This document shows positions 61,613 through 64,000 of a stretch of 64,000 bases of DNA, piece after piece. The notes under the pieces were generated by a model. It had not been told where the DNA came from, ran no database searches, and saw only the letters and a program-made list of their open reading frames with translations. The position numbers were made by a program, and so were the translations under genes. Position 1 is the first letter of the stretch; each line of letters begins with the position of its first letter. The stretch is from Paraphysomonas bandaiensis (taxonomy: Eukaryota > Protista > Chrysophyceae): the NCBI GenBank assembly GCA_965644295.1, contig CBFFRP010000348.1, positions 1-64,000 of the forward strand, read 5' to 3'.

Positions 61613-64000
61613 ATGATACGGAACAGATCTATAGGCTCATTATACTCTAAACTACACATGAATCGTCCTGCGTGGACAAGAACACTTTCTTCACTTGTTC
61701 CCAACAACAGAGCGCATGACACATCTTTCCCACAAGAGGCAGAGAGTCATTTCAGATGGATAGAACAGAAGTATGCCATGGGACAGGACCAGTTGCTTCT
61801 AGGGCTTCCCACATCTTATAGACGTCGAATGGTTATGGCTTTAGCGCAAATGCGCGGTTGGGAGGTTGAATACTTGGCTATCACTAAGGATACGACCGAG
61901 TCTGACTTAAAACAGCGACGAGAGATAATTGGAGATAGTGCAGTATACTCGGACCAGGCCCCAGTGCGTGCTGCTATACATGGTCGTGTCTTAGTGCTAG
62001 ATGGCATAGAAAATGCTGAGCGCAACGTTTTACCTACTTTAAACAATCTTCTGGAGAATAGAGAGATGGCACTGGACGATGGACGCTTCCTAATGCGACG
62101 ACCAACAGATTCAGCATTCGCAGATGCCAGCTTGGGCCGGAATATTGTATTTGTGAGCGATAACTTTAGGGTAATTGCGTTAGGGCTTCCAGTACCACCA
62201 TATTCGGGTCGTGCTTTGGACCCACCTCTACGTAGTAGGTTTCAGGTAAGAATAAGGCGCAGTAATGATGCTGTCGTAATGTTTCGCAGTGCCGTTTCGT
62301 AGATGAACCCACTTCCGAAATGCTTGTGGCTGCAACTGATACCTCTGGAATTGATAGGCAGAAAATTCAGTCATTAGTTACTTTTTATGAGGTTACGATA
62401 TATTATATGTTGTAGTTTTATGACTAATTCATGTGTATGCAGACTTTGCGCAATGTCAGGTATCTTTTGTATAGCAATGTAGCGCTGATACCAGGCTCAC
62501 ATATATTCTAGAGAAGCAGCTGTGGGAGATGACGTCAGTTTGACTGGCCTGACAGGTACTACATGTATATTTGTCACGAAGTTTAGATTATATACACATG
62601 CAGTGTTTTCGCAGAATGGATTCGCCCAGGCCATCAAACTGCTGGAAAACTTTCCTGGTGAGTGCGGTGTGGTGCCCTGCAGAATATCCTAATTAGATAT
62701 GACTTGATAACAGCTATGACGCCTCTGGAGGCCGTGGAGCGGTTTGTTCCTACTGTCACATGGATGCACAAGTCTCTGCCGGAGCGGTTTCAGCATCCCC
62801 TTAAGCAAGCAGTGGAAAGTCTCGGGGGTGGGCGAAACCATCGCTCATACGAGATTGCTGAGACTAGAACGGAGCAAGGGAAGGCAGAACTTACTTTTTG
62901 CTCGATAGGGGGTGGAGTTATGGACACGCTTCGTAGTAATCCAGTCACTGTGCAAGCTGCTGCTGGTGACGAGAATGTGTCTCACACCTACTCTGATACC
63001 GCTGCTGCAGAGGAATCACTGAACAGTGCATCGGTAAAGCTACTTCCGACCCAAAAACAGATTTTAAGTGATCTCCTTTTGGACCACTCTATCGGACAGC
63101 ATATATGCCTTCTGGGTCCCAAGGTGAAACGTCTTCATTCTTTATCTCGCTTGATTAACGTACTCACAGGGTAGTGGAAAGTCTGTTATAGCACGTGAAT
63201 TCGGTAGAGCACTAGGCTACAACAGCATCCGCGTATTCCCTCTCTATCAGGAACTGACCTCTCGTGACTTACTTCAACGCCGAATAACTGACAGTGATGG
63301 TAATACGTCATGGGCTGACAGCCCTTTGGTTCGCGCTGCCAGAGAAGGGGGGCTGTGTATACTAGATGGTGTTCACACGCTCGATGTACATGCTCTGTGT
63401 TCCCTGCGACGTTTGTTGCAGGACAGCGCTGTCGATCTCCCTAATGGAGAGCGACTTGACCTTCTGTCTGCAGACGAAGCCCTCAAAGGAGTATCTGGTG
63501 CGTCTTGGTTGCCACTCGTGTGTTCACCAAGTATCACTCACTTCGTATTCTCTTGTAGGCGTGCATCCGTCATTTCGAGTGGTGGCACTGGGACTCTTTC
63601 CTCCAAAGAAGGGAGAGGGATCGCATGGTGTAAATGATAGTAGACAGAGATATATTACTTCTGATCTTGGCTTTTCGTACCATTATCTGCCGAAAGGTAG
63701 TAAAGACGATATTCTAGCTGTATTAGCGGCATCGGATACTGCAGCGAATACTGAGGGTGCTCACACGCGGCACTCAAAAATAATGCGATTGCTTACTGAT
63801 GCCCTGGCAGCACTGAATGAAATAGCCGGTATACACTATAGAATGTCTTGCTTTTCCGTTACAGTTACATGCATGTATTTAGGGGATGCACACCCAGAGC
63901 TCCAGCCATCTTTCCGACACGCTCTTAATATCAGAACAGCCCTGGGTACGCATGCTTATGACGAAACCGCGTCTGTGGAATCAATATTGCGTCATGCGCT
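61613..64000 (+). CDS. VWA8: VWA8-like multi-AAA (MoxR/dynein-related) ATPase, runs off window end
   Basis: GQDQLLLG..SYRRR, TKDTTESDLKQRREI, LVLDGIENAERNVLPTLNNLLENREM and LDPPLRSRFQ; a second AAA with LLGPK|GSGKS and ELTSRDLLQRR. Confidence 0.9.

Overview
Gene-dense eukaryotic DNA with short (about 45-60 nt) GT-AG introns. It is probably a stramenopile/ochrophyte-type protist; this is inferred from gene content and style, not proven. About 20 host genes, most in head-to-head pairs: PatB/MalY C-S lyase, ankyrin-HDAC, MDR oxidoreductase, JmjC/cupin, MFS transporter, Rieske oxygenase, M3 peptidase, a C2-P450-lipoxygenase fusion, ALG13, RsmJ-like methyltransferase, TrmO, ORC5, BCS1, BABAM2/BRE-like, an LRR-IQ-WW-B-box protein, TauE and VWA8. 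Mobile DNA: a Ty1/copia gag-pol at the left edge, an internally deleted hAT with perfect TIRs and 8-bp TSD plus related MITEs, and AT-rich virus-like (Polinton/virophage-type) remnants at about 24.9-25.3 kb and 33.5-36.8 kb. Top observations: (1) an intronless 1182-aa protein joining a C2 domain, a P450 with the CYP74-clan 9-residue heme-loop insertion, and a complete lipoxygenase domain, i.e. a candidate single-polypeptide oxylipin synthase; (2) 8 kb away, a JmjC protein with His-x-Ala in place of His-x-Asp, the Fe/2OG halogenase signature; (3) an approximately 0.8-1 kb imperfect fold-back at 25.4-26.4 kb; (4) a Pol III-type tRNA-like mini-RNA inside the virus-like island. Exon boundaries were read by eye and are approximate.
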